IMG/VR virus record: IMGVR_UViG_3300033149_002847
Length of the DNA: 64,000 nt
Strand: one strand, 5' to 3'
Source: an uncultured virus (IMG/VR IMGVR_UViG_3300033149_002847)
Taxonomy: Duplodnaviria; Heunggongvirae; Uroviricota; Caudoviricetes
Below the pieces are notes generated by a model that was not told the DNA's origin, ran no database searches, and saw nothing but the letters and a program-made list of their open reading frames with translations. Of the stretch, positions 46,420-56,566 are shown one piece after another (position 1 is the first letter of the stretch; every line of letters starts with the position of its first letter). A program made the position numbers and the translations under genes.

Positions 46420-47004
46420 TTACCATCCTAACTTTTTATAACGTTGAAGCAATTCTTTACTCCAAGAGCCTTGCCATTCAACCTTCTTTCCAAATTTACG
46501 ATGCAATTTTGTCATTTCTGAAAGATTATTGGTATCAAAATTATCCCATATATCATACCAAGCCATATTATATTCAACTCCTTTTACAGGATTCCAATCA
46601 AAAATAGATGCACAATGAAAAGATATTTTACCAGGATATAATTGATTATAATGATCAGAAACAAGATCTATAACTTCTTGAGATACTTCTACAACATCTA
46701 TATGAAGTACTTCTGGCTTTAAAGCTATAGCATTAAGAACCATTCCTATTCCAAGACCTGCTATCAAACAATTGCCTTCAGTATTTTTTACAGCTAAACG
46801 ATGATCTTTTTTTTCATCAGGTGTATCACTCATAACTAGAGTATTATTTCTAAATAAATAAGTATAAGTTCCTGGAACATAATTCCTTCCATCCCTTTTC
46901 ATCCTTGCTGCCAACATAGGATCTTCTGGTATTGTTTTTCTTTTTATCGTAAAATCACCTATTTTATTTTCTGGAACTGTTACAAATGGTATTAATTCAT
47001 ACAT
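46420..47004 (-). CDS. SAM-binding protein (spermidine synthase-like fold)
   Basis: VMSDTPDE, LIAGLGIG, VVE, YDIW. Confidence 0.7.
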   Translation of the reverse strand: MYELIPFVTVPENKIGDFTIKRKTIPEDPMLAARMKRDGRNYVPGTYTYLFRNNTLVMSDTPDEKKDHRLAVKNTEGNCLIAGLGIGMVLNAIALKPEVLHIDVVEVSQEVIDLVSDHYNQLYPGKISFHCASIFDWNPVKGVEYNMAWYDIWDNFDTNNLSEMTKLHRKFGKKVEWQGSWSKELLQRYKKLGW

Positions 47005-47119
47005 ACTCTTTCTCTCCTTTCTAAGTATATTAACATACGTTTATTGCTTTGTAAAGCTTATAAATTTAATTCTAAATTTAGTAAAGTATTTTAGAAATAA
47101 ACACTTTCCCTGTATAGAC

Positions 47120-47503
47120 TTAGCTATTTAGTTGGTAGTCTTCAATCTCCTGTCTGGTTGTAAATTCTCCATTCTCTAATTTTACAAGAATTTCCTTTAA
47201 TATTACTATCTTTTCCTGTACTGCATACTTTTTTGTAATTATCCTGGATAATTGTTTAAGCTCTTCAGTATCATATCTTTCCATGAATGAATCCATAGGC
47301 TTTGTGTTGTATTCATGGAGGGAATTACAAGATCTACACTGTCTAAATACATTTCTTAAGTCCCATCTTGTACCTTTAAAAGATCGGGTTATCCAGTGAC
47401 CAGTTTCTAAACCATAAGGAGTATTACAGCAGCAACATCTTGCAGGAAGGTGTTTAAGGATATCTCTGATTAATTGATCTGCTATTTTAACCGTTTTTTT
47501 CAT
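47120..47503 (-). CDS. NinG-like endonuclease
   Basis: CCCC...GHWITR....RWD..NV..QC..CN. Confidence 0.75.
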   Translation of the reverse strand: MKKTVKIADQLIRDILKHLPARCCCCNTPYGLETGHWITRSFKGTRWDLRNVFRQCRSCNSLHEYNTKPMDSFMERYDTEELKQLSRIITKKYAVQEKIVILKEILVKLENGEFTTRQEIEDYQLNS

Positions 47504-47506
47504 TAC

Positions 47507-48028
47507 TTATTCCTTAAATCCTATTTCTTCCAATATCTCTTGAAATTTCTTAGCCTGTCTTGTATGCATTACATCCGTTTGAAGCATTTCCCTAATAAGA
47601 TTCTCCACAACATCAATCATTTGTTTCCGGGTATAATCAGCCATACTCTTAAGAACGCCCTTTATACGCTGTTTATTGCCCTCTGTGAAGTCCTTTAGGA
47701 CATAATCAGGCACTTCTTCCAGTTTATCTACTCGGATTATCTGATAGTCTTTATCTGCATATTCATATCGTTCAAAACCAGCTCCCAGGTTCTTTTTTAT
47801 CTGGTCTCTTAATCCTAACCAATTATCAGCAGGATAAGAATAAACGCCTGAATTATAATAAAGTCTAACTAATGGGTTGAAAAGCTTTCTTTGCTGATCT
47901 GTCTGGTTATTGTATTCTACTAGTTCGTAAACTAGAGCAAGTTTTGGTTTACCTTCAAGGATTATTCCTTTTAACCATCCTTGTTTAAAACCTTGGGAAG
48001 GTTCTAGTCCGACTATTTTGATTTTCAT
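47507..48028 (-). CDS. Hypothetical protein (NinB-like position)
   Basis: TDQQRKLF...KSMADYT..QM. Confidence 0.5.
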   Translation of the reverse strand: MKIKIVGLEPSQGFKQGWLKGIILEGKPKLALVYELVEYNNQTDQQRKLFNPLVRLYYNSGVYSYPADNWLGLRDQIKKNLGAGFERYEYADKDYQIIRVDKLEEVPDYVLKDFTEGNKQRIKGVLKSMADYTRKQMIDVVENLIREMLQTDVMHTRQAKKFQEILEEIGFKE

Positions 48029-48708
48029 ACTTCGACTAATCTTGATATATAATCAAGTCCTTTCTGATATACAAGAGTCTTGATACTAATTTTAATCTCT
48101 CCATGCTGTGTATATTTCTGTTCCACAACCCTAAAATAACCAGCATCAATATATTTTTGGAAAGGTTCATTGTTGTATCTTAAAAGTTTCTTGTCTCTTA
48201 GTAATTCAAAAAGTCTATTTCTACCAATTCCCATATTTAAAACTTTAGCTACTTTTGACATTTCTATAGCATCTTTAGAACTAGTAACGGCTTTATAAAA
48301 ATCAACCGCTGGCTTCATTTGTTCAATCTGTTTTGATTGATCATCCATTATCTTTTGAGCTTCAATAAGAGCTGTTGCAATTAATACTTGACCTGTTAAT
48401 GGTTTATTTTTTAACTTCTTTTCACATTCTATAAAATATCTTCTTGCTTGTTGTCCTTTCTCGCTTCGGGATAACATAGATAATTCCTTAGCCATATCTA
48501 AAGTAATATAATATTCTGTTATTTGTTGCTTATTTTGAGGGTGTACCATCTGGTACGGGGTATAATCAATATGCTTTGCAAAACCAAATTCAAGCATCCT
48601 TGAAAACCATTTCGAAAATCGTTCTTTATTTTCAAGGAATTCATATAATTCTCTTGCACTTACGGTTTCAATTCCATCTTTCTGTTCAATTTTGATTAAT
48701 TTATTCAT
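48025..48708 (-). CDS. Antirepressor (AntA/AntB plus KilAC domains)
   Basis: VSARELYEFL, LDMAKELSM, ARRYFIECEK; AKVL..GRNRLF..LR, GYF.V.E, YQKG. Confidence 0.9.
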   Translation of the reverse strand: MNKLIKIEQKDGIETVSARELYEFLENKERFSKWFSRMLEFGFAKHIDYTPYQMVHPQNKQQITEYYITLDMAKELSMLSRSEKGQQARRYFIECEKKLKNKPLTGQVLIATALIEAQKIMDDQSKQIEQMKPAVDFYKAVTSSKDAIEMSKVAKVLNMGIGRNRLFELLRDKKLLRYNNEPFQKYIDAGYFRVVEQKYTQHGEIKISIKTLVYQKGLDYISRLVEV

Positions 48709-48882
48709 AAAAAAAGCTCCTTAAGTCTCCCTGTCACGATCCCATAGTCAGCAACCAAGGAAAACTGAAAACAGGCAGGGAGGCTTAAAAAGCTATTCCA
48801 TACCCTTAGTTTATTAACTATCCGTGAAGATAGTAAGTCAACGACTCACAAATATATTATCATAAGCCGTTGAATAAATCAA
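48709..48882 (-). promoter_or_regulatory. Promoter and structured leader sequestering the antirepressor SD
   Basis: TTGATT-17-TAATAT; AGCTTTTTAAGCCTCCCTG pairs with CAGGGAGACTTAAGGAGCT, then a T-tract and ATG. Confidence 0.65.
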
Positions 48883-49287
48883 CTAAAAGTTGTCATTATT
48901 CCCGAAAGATCCACCTGAAGAGAATCCACCAGAACTACTGCCTGACTGCTGGCTGGATTTATCACCACCCAGTAATTGAACATTGGAAGCAACAATCTCA
49001 ACCTTGCTTCTATTTTGGCCGTCTTGCTCCCATCTGTTTTGCCTAAGTTCACCACTCACTGCAATTTGTTTACCCTTGTTAAGATACTGTTGGATAGCTT
49101 CACCTTGCTTACCCCATACAACCACATCAAAATAGGATACTTCATCTTCCCAGTTATCCCCATTTCTTTTTTTTCTGTTTACTGCAATACTATATTTTGC
49201 TACAGCAGTACCACCATTTGTGTATTTAAGCTCTGGATCTCTTGTTAATCTTCCTACAATAGAAACTATATTAATATCACTTGCCAT
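48883..49287 (-). CDS. ssb: Single-stranded DNA-binding protein
   Basis: IVGRLTRDPELKY, SIAVN, KGKQIAVSGELR, Gly/Ser tail ending NDNF. Confidence 0.95.
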   Translation of the reverse strand: MASDINIVSIVGRLTRDPELKYTNGGTAVAKYSIAVNRKKRNGDNWEDEVSYFDVVVWGKQGEAIQQYLNKGKQIAVSGELRQNRWEQDGQNRSKVEIVASNVQLLGGDKSSQQSGSSSGGFSSGGSFGNNDNF

Positions 49288-49481
49288 TATTTCACTTCCT
49301 CCCATTTATCTAATATCATTGCTGGACTTTCTGGTAATTCATCAATTAACTTCTGAATTGCTTCTTTTTTTTCTTCATCTGTGAGTTGTTCCCATTCTTC
49401 AGGGAAATAATTAGTTTCACTAAGTTCAAAGGTTACTGATCCCTCTGAATGAGTCACATCCCATGTAGCTTTTATTTCCAT
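49287..49481 (-). CDS. Hypothetical protein
   Basis: Coupled ORF. Confidence 0.55.
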   Translation of the reverse strand: MEIKATWDVTHSEGSVTFELSETNYFPEEWEQLTDEEKKEAIQKLIDELPESPAMILDKWEEVK

Positions 49482-50038
49482 CCTCCCTCCAATATTACTC
49501 TTTTACTTCCACCACTCCATGATATAGGGGATACTGCTTTCAACCAATCATTAACTATAGTTTCTATTTCTTCAGCAGAATATAGATCACTACTTAATTC
49601 CATTGCATCTGCATCTTCAGGCAATATATCTTCAAGATAATCATTCAGGTCTAAATAAGCAGGACGATTAGGTTCGCATACAACTAATTGTAGATCCTGG
49701 ATCTTTACTTCTACCTCACTATCTTCACAATAATTATAGATATCATCTTCACTGAAGAAATAAATATCAGTATCCCATATCATTAAAGGAATTTCACTAT
49801 CCCATTTGACTAATTCAAGTTTAAGATATCTTTCATTACTACGTTTTTCCCGACATTCAGGACAAAAAATATACGAAGTACCCTCGAATTCCTTACCACA
49901 CTCGCAAATTTGACCTGTGGCAGCTGCATACTCAGCAGTATGTCTATCCTGGTATTTATATCTGCTACCATCAAAAGTATACATAGTTTGTTGAATTTCT
50001 CTTATCTTTTTATTGTCTGGAAGAATGTATTTACTCAT
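49472..50038 (-). CDS. Zinc-finger hypothetical protein
   Basis: CECG...CPEC, LVVCEP. Confidence 0.6.
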   Translation of the reverse strand: MSKYILPDNKKIREIQQTMYTFDGSRYKYQDRHTAEYAAATGQICECGKEFEGTSYIFCPECREKRSNERYLKLELVKWDSEIPLMIWDTDIYFFSEDDIYNYCEDSEVEVKIQDLQLVVCEPNRPAYLDLNDYLEDILPEDADAMELSSDLYSAEEIETIVNDWLKAVSPISWSGGSKRVILEGGWK

Positions 50039-50366
50039 GAGCTTTTATCCTCCATTCATGACCACCATATCCACTAAAAGTAACCCAATATCCATCTTCC
50101 CCACCTGAACCACCTGACATTCCACCTGAACCCACATCAAATCCACATGTAAAATCCTTTCCTACCACTTGGAAAAAGGCAGAGTCTTCTCCATTAGGGA
50201 TTAATTCAATATCTGTAATTTCTGTCTGTAGGGAGTTTTCACTTGTTAATCCTATTGCTCTATCTATAAAATCCCCTGAGTCGTCTAAAGTTCCACCAAT
50301 CCATTTTTCTTTATTTTCTACAAATTGACTCCATAAGGGATATTCTTTTCCATTTACTTTAATCAT
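50031..50366 (-). CDS. Hypothetical protein
   Basis: Coupled ORF. Confidence 0.55.
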   Translation of the reverse strand: MIKVNGKEYPLWSQFVENKEKWIGGTLDDSGDFIDRAIGLTSENSLQTEITDIELIPNGEDSAFFQVVGKDFTCGFDVGSGGMSGGSGGEDGYWVTFSGYGGHEWRIKAHE

Positions 50367-50653
50367 AATTCCCCCGGTAATTTGAGTATAGGCATCCAGT
50401 GAGTATATGTTGATTCATCATCTTCCCACCATTCTATTAGTTGTAAATCATTTTTATTATTAAATAATTTCCTGAATACTAATACCCTTTGTTGTATTTC
50501 AGGGAGCTTATCTTTAACACTTATCCAATTTTCCTTTTCTGTAGTATACCCTTCTATGAAATATCCAAAAATAACCCTAAGATCATCTCTTGAATAAATA
50601 TCTAATGGCTTATATTTCTTGATAGCTACATCAAGAGCTTCTTCTTTATCCAT
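50363..50653 (-). CDS. DUF551-like protein
   Basis: WISVKDKLPE...VLV...THWMP. Confidence 0.7.
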   Translation of the reverse strand: MDKEEALDVAIKKYKPLDIYSRDDLRVIFGYFIEGYTTEKENWISVKDKLPEIQQRVLVFRKLFNNKNDLQLIEWWEDDESTYTHWMPILKLPGEL

Positions 50654-50813
50654 AATCTCTCCTTATTTTCCTAAATAAAATTTGATTGCTGCAATTATCT
50701 TTAACTTGGATACACCTTCAGCTCTACATGAAAAACAATAATACCTATAAGGTTTTCCATAGCTTAAAATTACATCGTTACCACAATGATTACATTTAAT
50801 CATACTACTACCT

Positions 50814-51119
50814 CTATAAAAGAGATAGCAATATTTCTGGTTCTAATCCTGCAAGCTTTCTAAGCAAATCATCATTAACCACAAGATCCCTTTCAAGAAT
50901 CATTACAAATTCCTCTGGATTATTCTCAGCTCCATACCTATTGAGTTTTACATTGCCTACAATCTGTCTAAACAAATCATCTTTACTTTTAAAATGTTTG
51001 TAAATTACAGCAACACTATACCCAGCATCTTTAGTTATCTTTCTTAAAGATGCTTTTTCGTACCCCTTGGCTAGAAATTCCTTTCTAGCCGATATTAATA
51101 TTTTTTCCTTTATGTTCAT
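50814..51119 (-). CDS. Short TetR-family HTH regulator
   Basis: KILISARKEFLAKGYEKASLRKI...IYKHFKSKDDLF. Confidence 0.85.
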   Translation of the reverse strand: MNIKEKILISARKEFLAKGYEKASLRKITKDAGYSVAVIYKHFKSKDDLFRQIVGNVKLNRYGAENNPEEFVMILERDLVVNDDLLRKLAGLEPEILLSLL

Positions 51120-51121
51120 TT

Positions 51122-51541
51122 TTACTCCTGTAATGATTTTATATCGAAGATAATTCCCTTACACCACAATTCATTTTCATCATTTATAATATTAAATGTT
51201 TCGTGAGGAATATTAGTTGTTATTAACCATATTGCATCTGATTCTTTGGGATCAAATTCAGCTTTAATGTAAAATTTAGCATCTCTTTCTTCTTTTAAGA
51301 AATATAGACAATCTTCACTCTCACACTTATTCTCAATAACACCACCACTATTCAATTTAATTTCAGTGCCGTTATAAGCTCCGTATTCATCCCTCATAGC
51401 ACCTTCAAGTTCCAATAGATCATCAGATTGACCATAAGCTATTACAAACCCTAATTCTTTTAAATCAATGTCTCTAAAAAAACAGCCTTTGATATCAATA
51501 TTATTTCCATTTAATTCTTCTGCAACTTCTTTTATATTCAT
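51122..51541 (-). CDS. Hypothetical phage protein
   Basis: GQSDDLLELEGA..DE, TNIPHETF.I, CKGIIF. Confidence 0.65.
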   Translation of the reverse strand: MNIKEVAEELNGNNIDIKGCFFRDIDLKELGFVIAYGQSDDLLELEGAMRDEYGAYNGTEIKLNSGGVIENKCESEDCLYFLKEERDAKFYIKAEFDPKESDAIWLITTNIPHETFNIINDENELWCKGIIFDIKSLQE

Positions 51542-51542
51542 T

Positions 51543-54500
51543 CTACAAACTCCTTACATCAACCGATACAGTTGATCTATGTTTAATTTCAGGTGAATGA
51601 CTAACACAAATTGCCGTTCTACCCTCTGTTTCACCTTCGATCATATCCCAGAAATTATTTAAATAATCACTTGATACATGACTATCTGGTTCATCCTCAA
51701 ATAATACCATCCATTCTTCAAGCGTATTTTGCTTACTAATCTCTCTAAATGCCGATCTTAAAGCTATCTGCACAAACTGTCTTTCTTCTCCACTCAAAGA
51801 GTTAATAGGCTTCTCTCTACCAGTCTCCTGATTGATTACGGATATCTGGAACACTTCCAGTTCTTTCTTGCCTGTAGCGTCCATTTTGGTAGTTTCTGAA
51901 TGTACTTTATACACTGGGTAGTACTGAGAAAGAATATTATTAGCCAGTTGATCAACATAGGGACCTGTATGTTCTAATATTCTGGCAGGGATTCCTTTAG
52001 GACCCCATTTATCACGCATATCTGACCAGAATAAATAGTCAACTTCATACTCAGCAATACGCTTATCGTATTCAACAAGAGACTCTCTTTGCCTGTTTAT
52101 GTCGTTAATTCTGGCCTGAATTAACTTGATATTTGTCCGGCAATCTGTCAATTCTGTTTGTATTGTTTTTACATTCTCTTCTGCCTTTTTAAGACTCTCA
52201 ACTGGAGTATAATCTATTTCAGATACTTTTTGCTGTTTTATTTGGGTTTCAAGATCGGTTATTCTTTTCTGAGTTTCAGTTATTTTGGTTCTTAATTCAG
52301 TAATTTTGTCCTCAGATATGTCTGAAACTTTGTCCTTCAAATTGTCATATTTTTGACGATCAAAAGTCGGGATAGTTTCATCTTCATACTTAGGTACTTC
52401 AGGAGCAGGGAAAAGGATTTGATTTAAAGGAATTTCTTTGTTGATTTCAATGTCTGCTTCAGCAATTTCCTTTTCTTCCTCTGTAAAATCCGGTTCAATA
52501 AGAGTATGTTCAGGAGGCTCTAAGCCAGATAATTCAACTTCTTTGTCAGTTTTTTCAACTTCCAGTTTTTTTAGATTATCTTCATAACTCTCTTTCTTTT
52601 TAACTGTTTCAGCATCTATATAACCACACTTAGGACACTCTATAATATTTGATATCATATCCTTTCCAGTTCCAATTCTTTCTCCAAGAGTCTTAACCTC
52701 ATCCTTTATGGTTTTTTGTTGAAGTTCAAAATTCTGATCCATAGCATTGTTAGTCTCAATTGTTGCAGTTTCAGCCTTAGTTACCTTTTCGATCTTTCTC
52801 TTTTCAGCAGCAACCTTTCGGGTTTTCCACGATTCTTTTGCATCTTCCAAAAGTTTAATTGTAGAATTATGTGCTGTTACCTCCAAATTGTCCTTATTAC
52901 GTTTATCAACTACAATATCATAAGCTAATTTAAGATCTTTATTCCTTTTCTGGATTTCTGGCAATTCTTTAAGTTTATTATCGTACTCTGTTTTCTTGCC
53001 TTCAAGTTCGATAATCTCTCTATTGATTGCTTCTACATTAACATTGCCTATTTCTGCTAAATCCATCTCTAAAGTGGTTTTTTTGTCACTTTCTGACGTT
53101 ATTTGCGTATTAAGTGATGTTATTACAGCTTTTATCTCTGAATTCTCCTTTTCTACCTTCCTGATAGAATCAACTAGAATCTGTTTACTAATAACATTAC
53201 CTTCAGCAGCAGATAGGTTAAATTCTGTTCCATGGCTCTGTGTTTCGGCTTCTTTAAGCTCATTCTGAGATATTGTAACATCTGGTATATTCTCTTCTAC
53301 TCCTGACTTTTTAACCTGTTCAGTTTCGATAGCATCCTTAAAAGAATCAGCCTGTTTTTTGCACTTTAATTCAAGGTGTTTTAAATCGGTTCCAGCTAGT
53401 TCATGAAAAAGCCCTTTTAATTCAATATTAGTTGCCTGGAAAATTGACGGATTAATAGGCTGTCCCATAAATTGTGCCTGATTATCGTCAAATTGGGTAT
53501 TTAATACTGAAGTAGCATATTTTCTGGGAGTACCAAACATTTTTACACACCATTCGTCAAATGGTTTTCTATTTCCATTCAACCCTAGAATAGGTCCTGA
53601 TTCATCAAAAGCATAATACTCAGCTTTAGGCATACTTAAAGTAGGTTTGAAAAATTTCTCAATCCGGTACAGTTTACCGTTAATATCCCATTCCTGCTTT
53701 ACATAAGAATCTGCAAGTTCAAAAGTACTTAATAATGAGTTAGCTTGAAGGAAGAGTATTGAGAAAGGAGATATGTAATCAATTAAAGTTGATTTACCGT
53801 GACCTCCTGGACCTATTAACATAGTTAAATCATTATAATCCCTTAAATTAAACTTAACCAAGTCTTTTCCCATTCTCTCAGAAAATGCTTTTGACCCGTA
53901 TATCTCTATACTTAAAGGAGTTATGACTTTTTTCTGAGGTACTTTACCCTCTGCCCTATCTGCTTCCCAAAACTCTTCAGATACCTTCAGTTGACGATCT
54001 GTTGCTTCAAGATATACAGCTTTGAATTTATCTTGATAACTCACTGCTTCAATTACTGCTTTTGATCTGATTTTATGTTCTTTTTCTACCTCAGTAGTGA
54101 CTTTAATAAGTCCTGCACCTTTCTCTTTACAATCTGCTTCTGTCCATTCAGTTTGATTGTTTACTAAGTGTACGTCACACCCTGTTAAATCGGGTATAAC
54201 ATCCCCTGGATGCATCATTATCTTTCTTTTGATATTTATATCCAATTCATGCCTAGAAGCTGTCATAGTCTCCCAGTCAAATATAGTAATAGCTGGTTTA
54301 TAATCAGTTTCGTTAAAATCCCATGCAAAGGACCCAAGGTATCCACCTTTGATAAGTTCAAATTCTATTGGATTATGATAATGACCCCATGCGTAAAAAC
54401 CACAATTCATTTTTAATAGATCTGCTTCACTGGAATAGATTTCACTCGACAAGGCTTTTATTTCAGAAGTGTTCTTACCTCTCACTACTCCATGTCCAAC

Positions 54501-55025
54501 TGCTAAAGCTGGTATATTAGAATATCCAGCCCTTAAAGCACCATATCTATCATATAGTTGAACCATTGCAGCATTAACCGCAGCATTAGCCTCGTCACGG
54601 CTCATTTTTTTATTATCTGATAGTATCTGTGCTTTATGGGGATGGGGTACACCGAAAAGAAGTAATTCTGATTCAGGATCTACACCATCTAATATATAGC
54701 CATTTGTTAAACTATACCTTAAACCTGGTTCGAGGATTTTTACACCAACCCTCGTAAGGGTTTCAATCATACCTGGACGTTCATGTTTACCCTGAGTTGC
54801 CCTTATGGTTGCCACAGGCCTTATATTGGTTATTTCCTGCCATTTATCCAATAATTCATTATATCCACTCTGTTCAGTGAAATTGTATGGATTGTTGAAA
54901 TTTTCCCCTGAGTTCGTAATTAGCGATACATCAGGTGCAACCTCTTTTAATTGATCCAGAATTCTGATAACTTTTTTATGTCGTTCCGGACTATGATGTA
55001 AGTCTGCTATATGTGCTGTTTTCAT
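51543..55025 (-). CDS. Mre11/SbcD nuclease fused to Rad50/SbcC ATPase
   Basis: ADLH, GKHE, GHG, GHYH; GPGGHGKST, coiled coil with CPKCG hook, LSGEE signature, FEDEPD, VSH. Confidence 0.88.
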   Translation of the reverse strand: MKTAHIADLHHSPERHKKVIRILDQLKEVAPDVSLITNSGENFNNPYNFTEQSGYNELLDKWQEITNIRPVATIRATQGKHERPGMIETLTRVGVKILEPGLRYSLTNGYILDGVDPESELLLFGVPHPHKAQILSDNKKMSRDEANAAVNAAMVQLYDRYGALRAGYSNIPALAVGHGVVRGKNTSEIKALSSEIYSSEADLLKMNCGFYAWGHYHNPIEFELIKGGYLGSFAWDFNETDYKPAITIFDWETMTASRHELDINIKRKIMMHPGDVIPDLTGCDVHLVNNQTEWTEADCKEKGAGLIKVTTEVEKEHKIRSKAVIEAVSYQDKFKAVYLEATDRQLKVSEEFWEADRAEGKVPQKKVITPLSIEIYGSKAFSERMGKDLVKFNLRDYNDLTMLIGPGGHGKSTLIDYISPFSILFLQANSLLSTFELADSYVKQEWDINGKLYRIEKFFKPTLSMPKAEYYAFDESGPILGLNGNRKPFDEWCVKMFGTPRKYATSVLNTQFDDNQAQFMGQPINPSIFQATNIELKGLFHELAGTDLKHLELKCKKQADSFKDAIETEQVKKSGVEENIPDVTISQNELKEAETQSHGTEFNLSAAEGNVISKQILVDSIRKVEKENSEIKAVITSLNTQITSESDKKTTLEMDLAEIGNVNVEAINREIIELEGKKTEYDNKLKELPEIQKRNKDLKLAYDIVVDKRNKDNLEVTAHNSTIKLLEDAKESWKTRKVAAEKRKIEKVTKAETATIETNNAMDQNFELQQKTIKDEVKTLGERIGTGKDMISNIIECPKCGYIDAETVKKKESYEDNLKKLEVEKTDKEVELSGLEPPEHTLIEPDFTEEEKEIAEADIEINKEIPLNQILFPAPEVPKYEDETIPTFDRQKYDNLKDKVSDISEDKITELRTKITETQKRITDLETQIKQQKVSEIDYTPVESLKKAEENVKTIQTELTDCRTNIKLIQARINDINRQRESLVEYDKRIAEYEVDYLFWSDMRDKWGPKGIPARILEHTGPYVDQLANNILSQYYPVYKVHSETTKMDATGKKELEVFQISVINQETGREKPINSLSGEERQFVQIALRSAFREISKQNTLEEWMVLFEDEPDSHVSSDYLNNFWDMIEGETEGRTAICVSHSPEIKHRSTVSVDVRSL

Positions 55026-55318
55026 GTTTTCTCCTTTTTAGGAATTACATATTCTTTTATATTTCCAGTATCATCATCCAAAAAGAATAATCCACCTTTT
55101 CCCTCATCATTAATAGTATCCAATAACTCTTCCAAACTAGAAGGTTTTGCCTCATTATCTATAAAATCATTTAAAGCTTTTTTGTTCATCTTTTACATTC
55201 CTTTTCTCTCTCTTCATCCAATTAGTTTCTTTACCTTTCCAGTAAAATCTGTCGTACCATATACCAGCAATAGTAAAGCAAGTTATTTCAAGATCGAGTT
55301 CTTTTACGAATCCAAACA

Positions 55319-56293
55319 TTATTTCCCCCATGCCTGAAGGAAATACTTCCTAACTGTTGCATCTCCCTTTACTACAGATTCTTCCACTTCTTCTATTTTA
55401 GATATCCAATCTATAAGAGTAATCATTTGATCTGCTCCATTCAACTTACTGTATCCAAAAATATATTCCCGGAATTTCTCAAGTTCAAATTTCTTATTCA
55501 AGATAATTCCAGCCAATTTATAAATAGCAGGACGATCCTTTAATGTTTCCATCTCTGAAGAAATAGACATTTCAATCTCAAAGTTCTCATCTGGTACGGT
55601 TTCTTCTTGTTTCTGAACAATATCATCCTGTTTATGTTCTATTCTTCCAAATACCACACTGCCAGGGTTCTGACTTTCAAGGAATCCCTGTCTTACTTCT
55701 GGGTTACTCATATCGGGTACACATCTAAAACAAAATAAATGAGTTCCTACAAATTCAGGTTTTGCAGAAGGAAGTTTAAGCATTTTAATAATACCTCTTT
55801 TGTGTGATCCTGTATCAGCTTTAGATCTTCCTAGTACTGCAAGTTGTGTTACTACAAGCCTTTCTTGTGCTGTATTCTTATATTTTCGCTTGTCAGGACT
55901 ATTCATATTATAGACTTCATCCTTTAAAACAGTCTCTTCCCCTCTAATCTCAGCGTCAAATTCATATTCTGCTGAACAATGTTCTCTATTCCCAGAAGGA
56001 AGAAGTCTGTAAAGATTACTTTTTGAGAGATAAGAATATTTACTTAATTTTTCTGAAACAAAGGGAGCTGCTTCGATACCACATAATCCCCCAAGATCTA
56101 AAATAAAAGTTTTCTGATAATCTACAAGCTTACCATTTTTATCCCAATGGAAAGATTCTTGATTCATTTCTGTTTCAAATACTTCTATTTTTAGATAATC
56201 AATAGGTTTTTGACCCCTAAAATTCAATTCTCCATACTTAATTTTCTTATCATCAAGTATTTTTTTTCTTTGTTCATATTTGCTTAATGTCAT
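55319..56293 (-). CDS. Hypothetical protein, possibly a strand-annealing recombinase
   Basis: First gene of the leftward arm, upstream of the SbcCD fusion; start re-assigned to MTLSK. Confidence 0.5.
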   Translation of the reverse strand: MTLSKYEQRKKILDDKKIKYGELNFRGQKPIDYLKIEVFETEMNQESFHWDKNGKLVDYQKTFILDLGGLCGIEAAPFVSEKLSKYSYLSKSNLYRLLPSGNREHCSAEYEFDAEIRGEETVLKDEVYNMNSPDKRKYKNTAQERLVVTQLAVLGRSKADTGSHKRGIIKMLKLPSAKPEFVGTHLFCFRCVPDMSNPEVRQGFLESQNPGSVVFGRIEHKQDDIVQKQEETVPDENFEIEMSISSEMETLKDRPAIYKLAGIILNKKFELEKFREYIFGYSKLNGADQMITLIDWISKIEEVEESVVKGDATVRKYFLQAWGK

Positions 56294-56312
56294 ATTTATT
56301 CTCCTTTCCTTA

Positions 56313-56388
56313 AAACTATCATAATTATAAACGACTGTCAACTTAATATTTTACTTTCCCTTGACATTTACTTTTATTCTGATATACT
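56313..56388. promoter_or_regulatory. Back-to-back divergent promoters
   Basis: Minus: TTGACA(56341)-17-TAGTTT; plus: TTGACA(56361)-16-TATACT. Confidence 0.65.
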
Positions 56389-56410
56389 CCAGCTATAAGG
56401 AGTATATTAT

Positions 56411-56566
56411 ATGAATGAAAATATACAGAATAAAGACAAGAATAAGCCTATTGTTATTACAATTAAATTGTCTCATAAGGCTAAAGATAAAATTGAAAAT
56501 TTAGCAAAAAAGAATTTTCGATCCATGACAAAAGAAATTGAACGACTTATCATGGAAGCTGAATAA
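56411..56566 (+). CDS. Arc-like ribbon-helix-helix regulator (51 aa, absent from the ORF track)
   Basis: SD AAGGAG; ITIKLSHKAKDKIENLAKKNFRSMTKEIERLI; TAATG coupling to the next gene. Confidence 0.8.
   Translation: MNENIQNKDKNKPIVITIKLSHKAKDKIENLAKKNFRSMTKEIERLIMEAE

Noticed and set aside
1578..55337. Plus-strand ORFs in the track left of 56.4 kb (e.g. 2608-2982, 12697-13296, 17147-17641, 36883-37323)
   Set aside because: They are antisense shadows of well-supported minus-strand genes, with no SD and no recognisable motifs.
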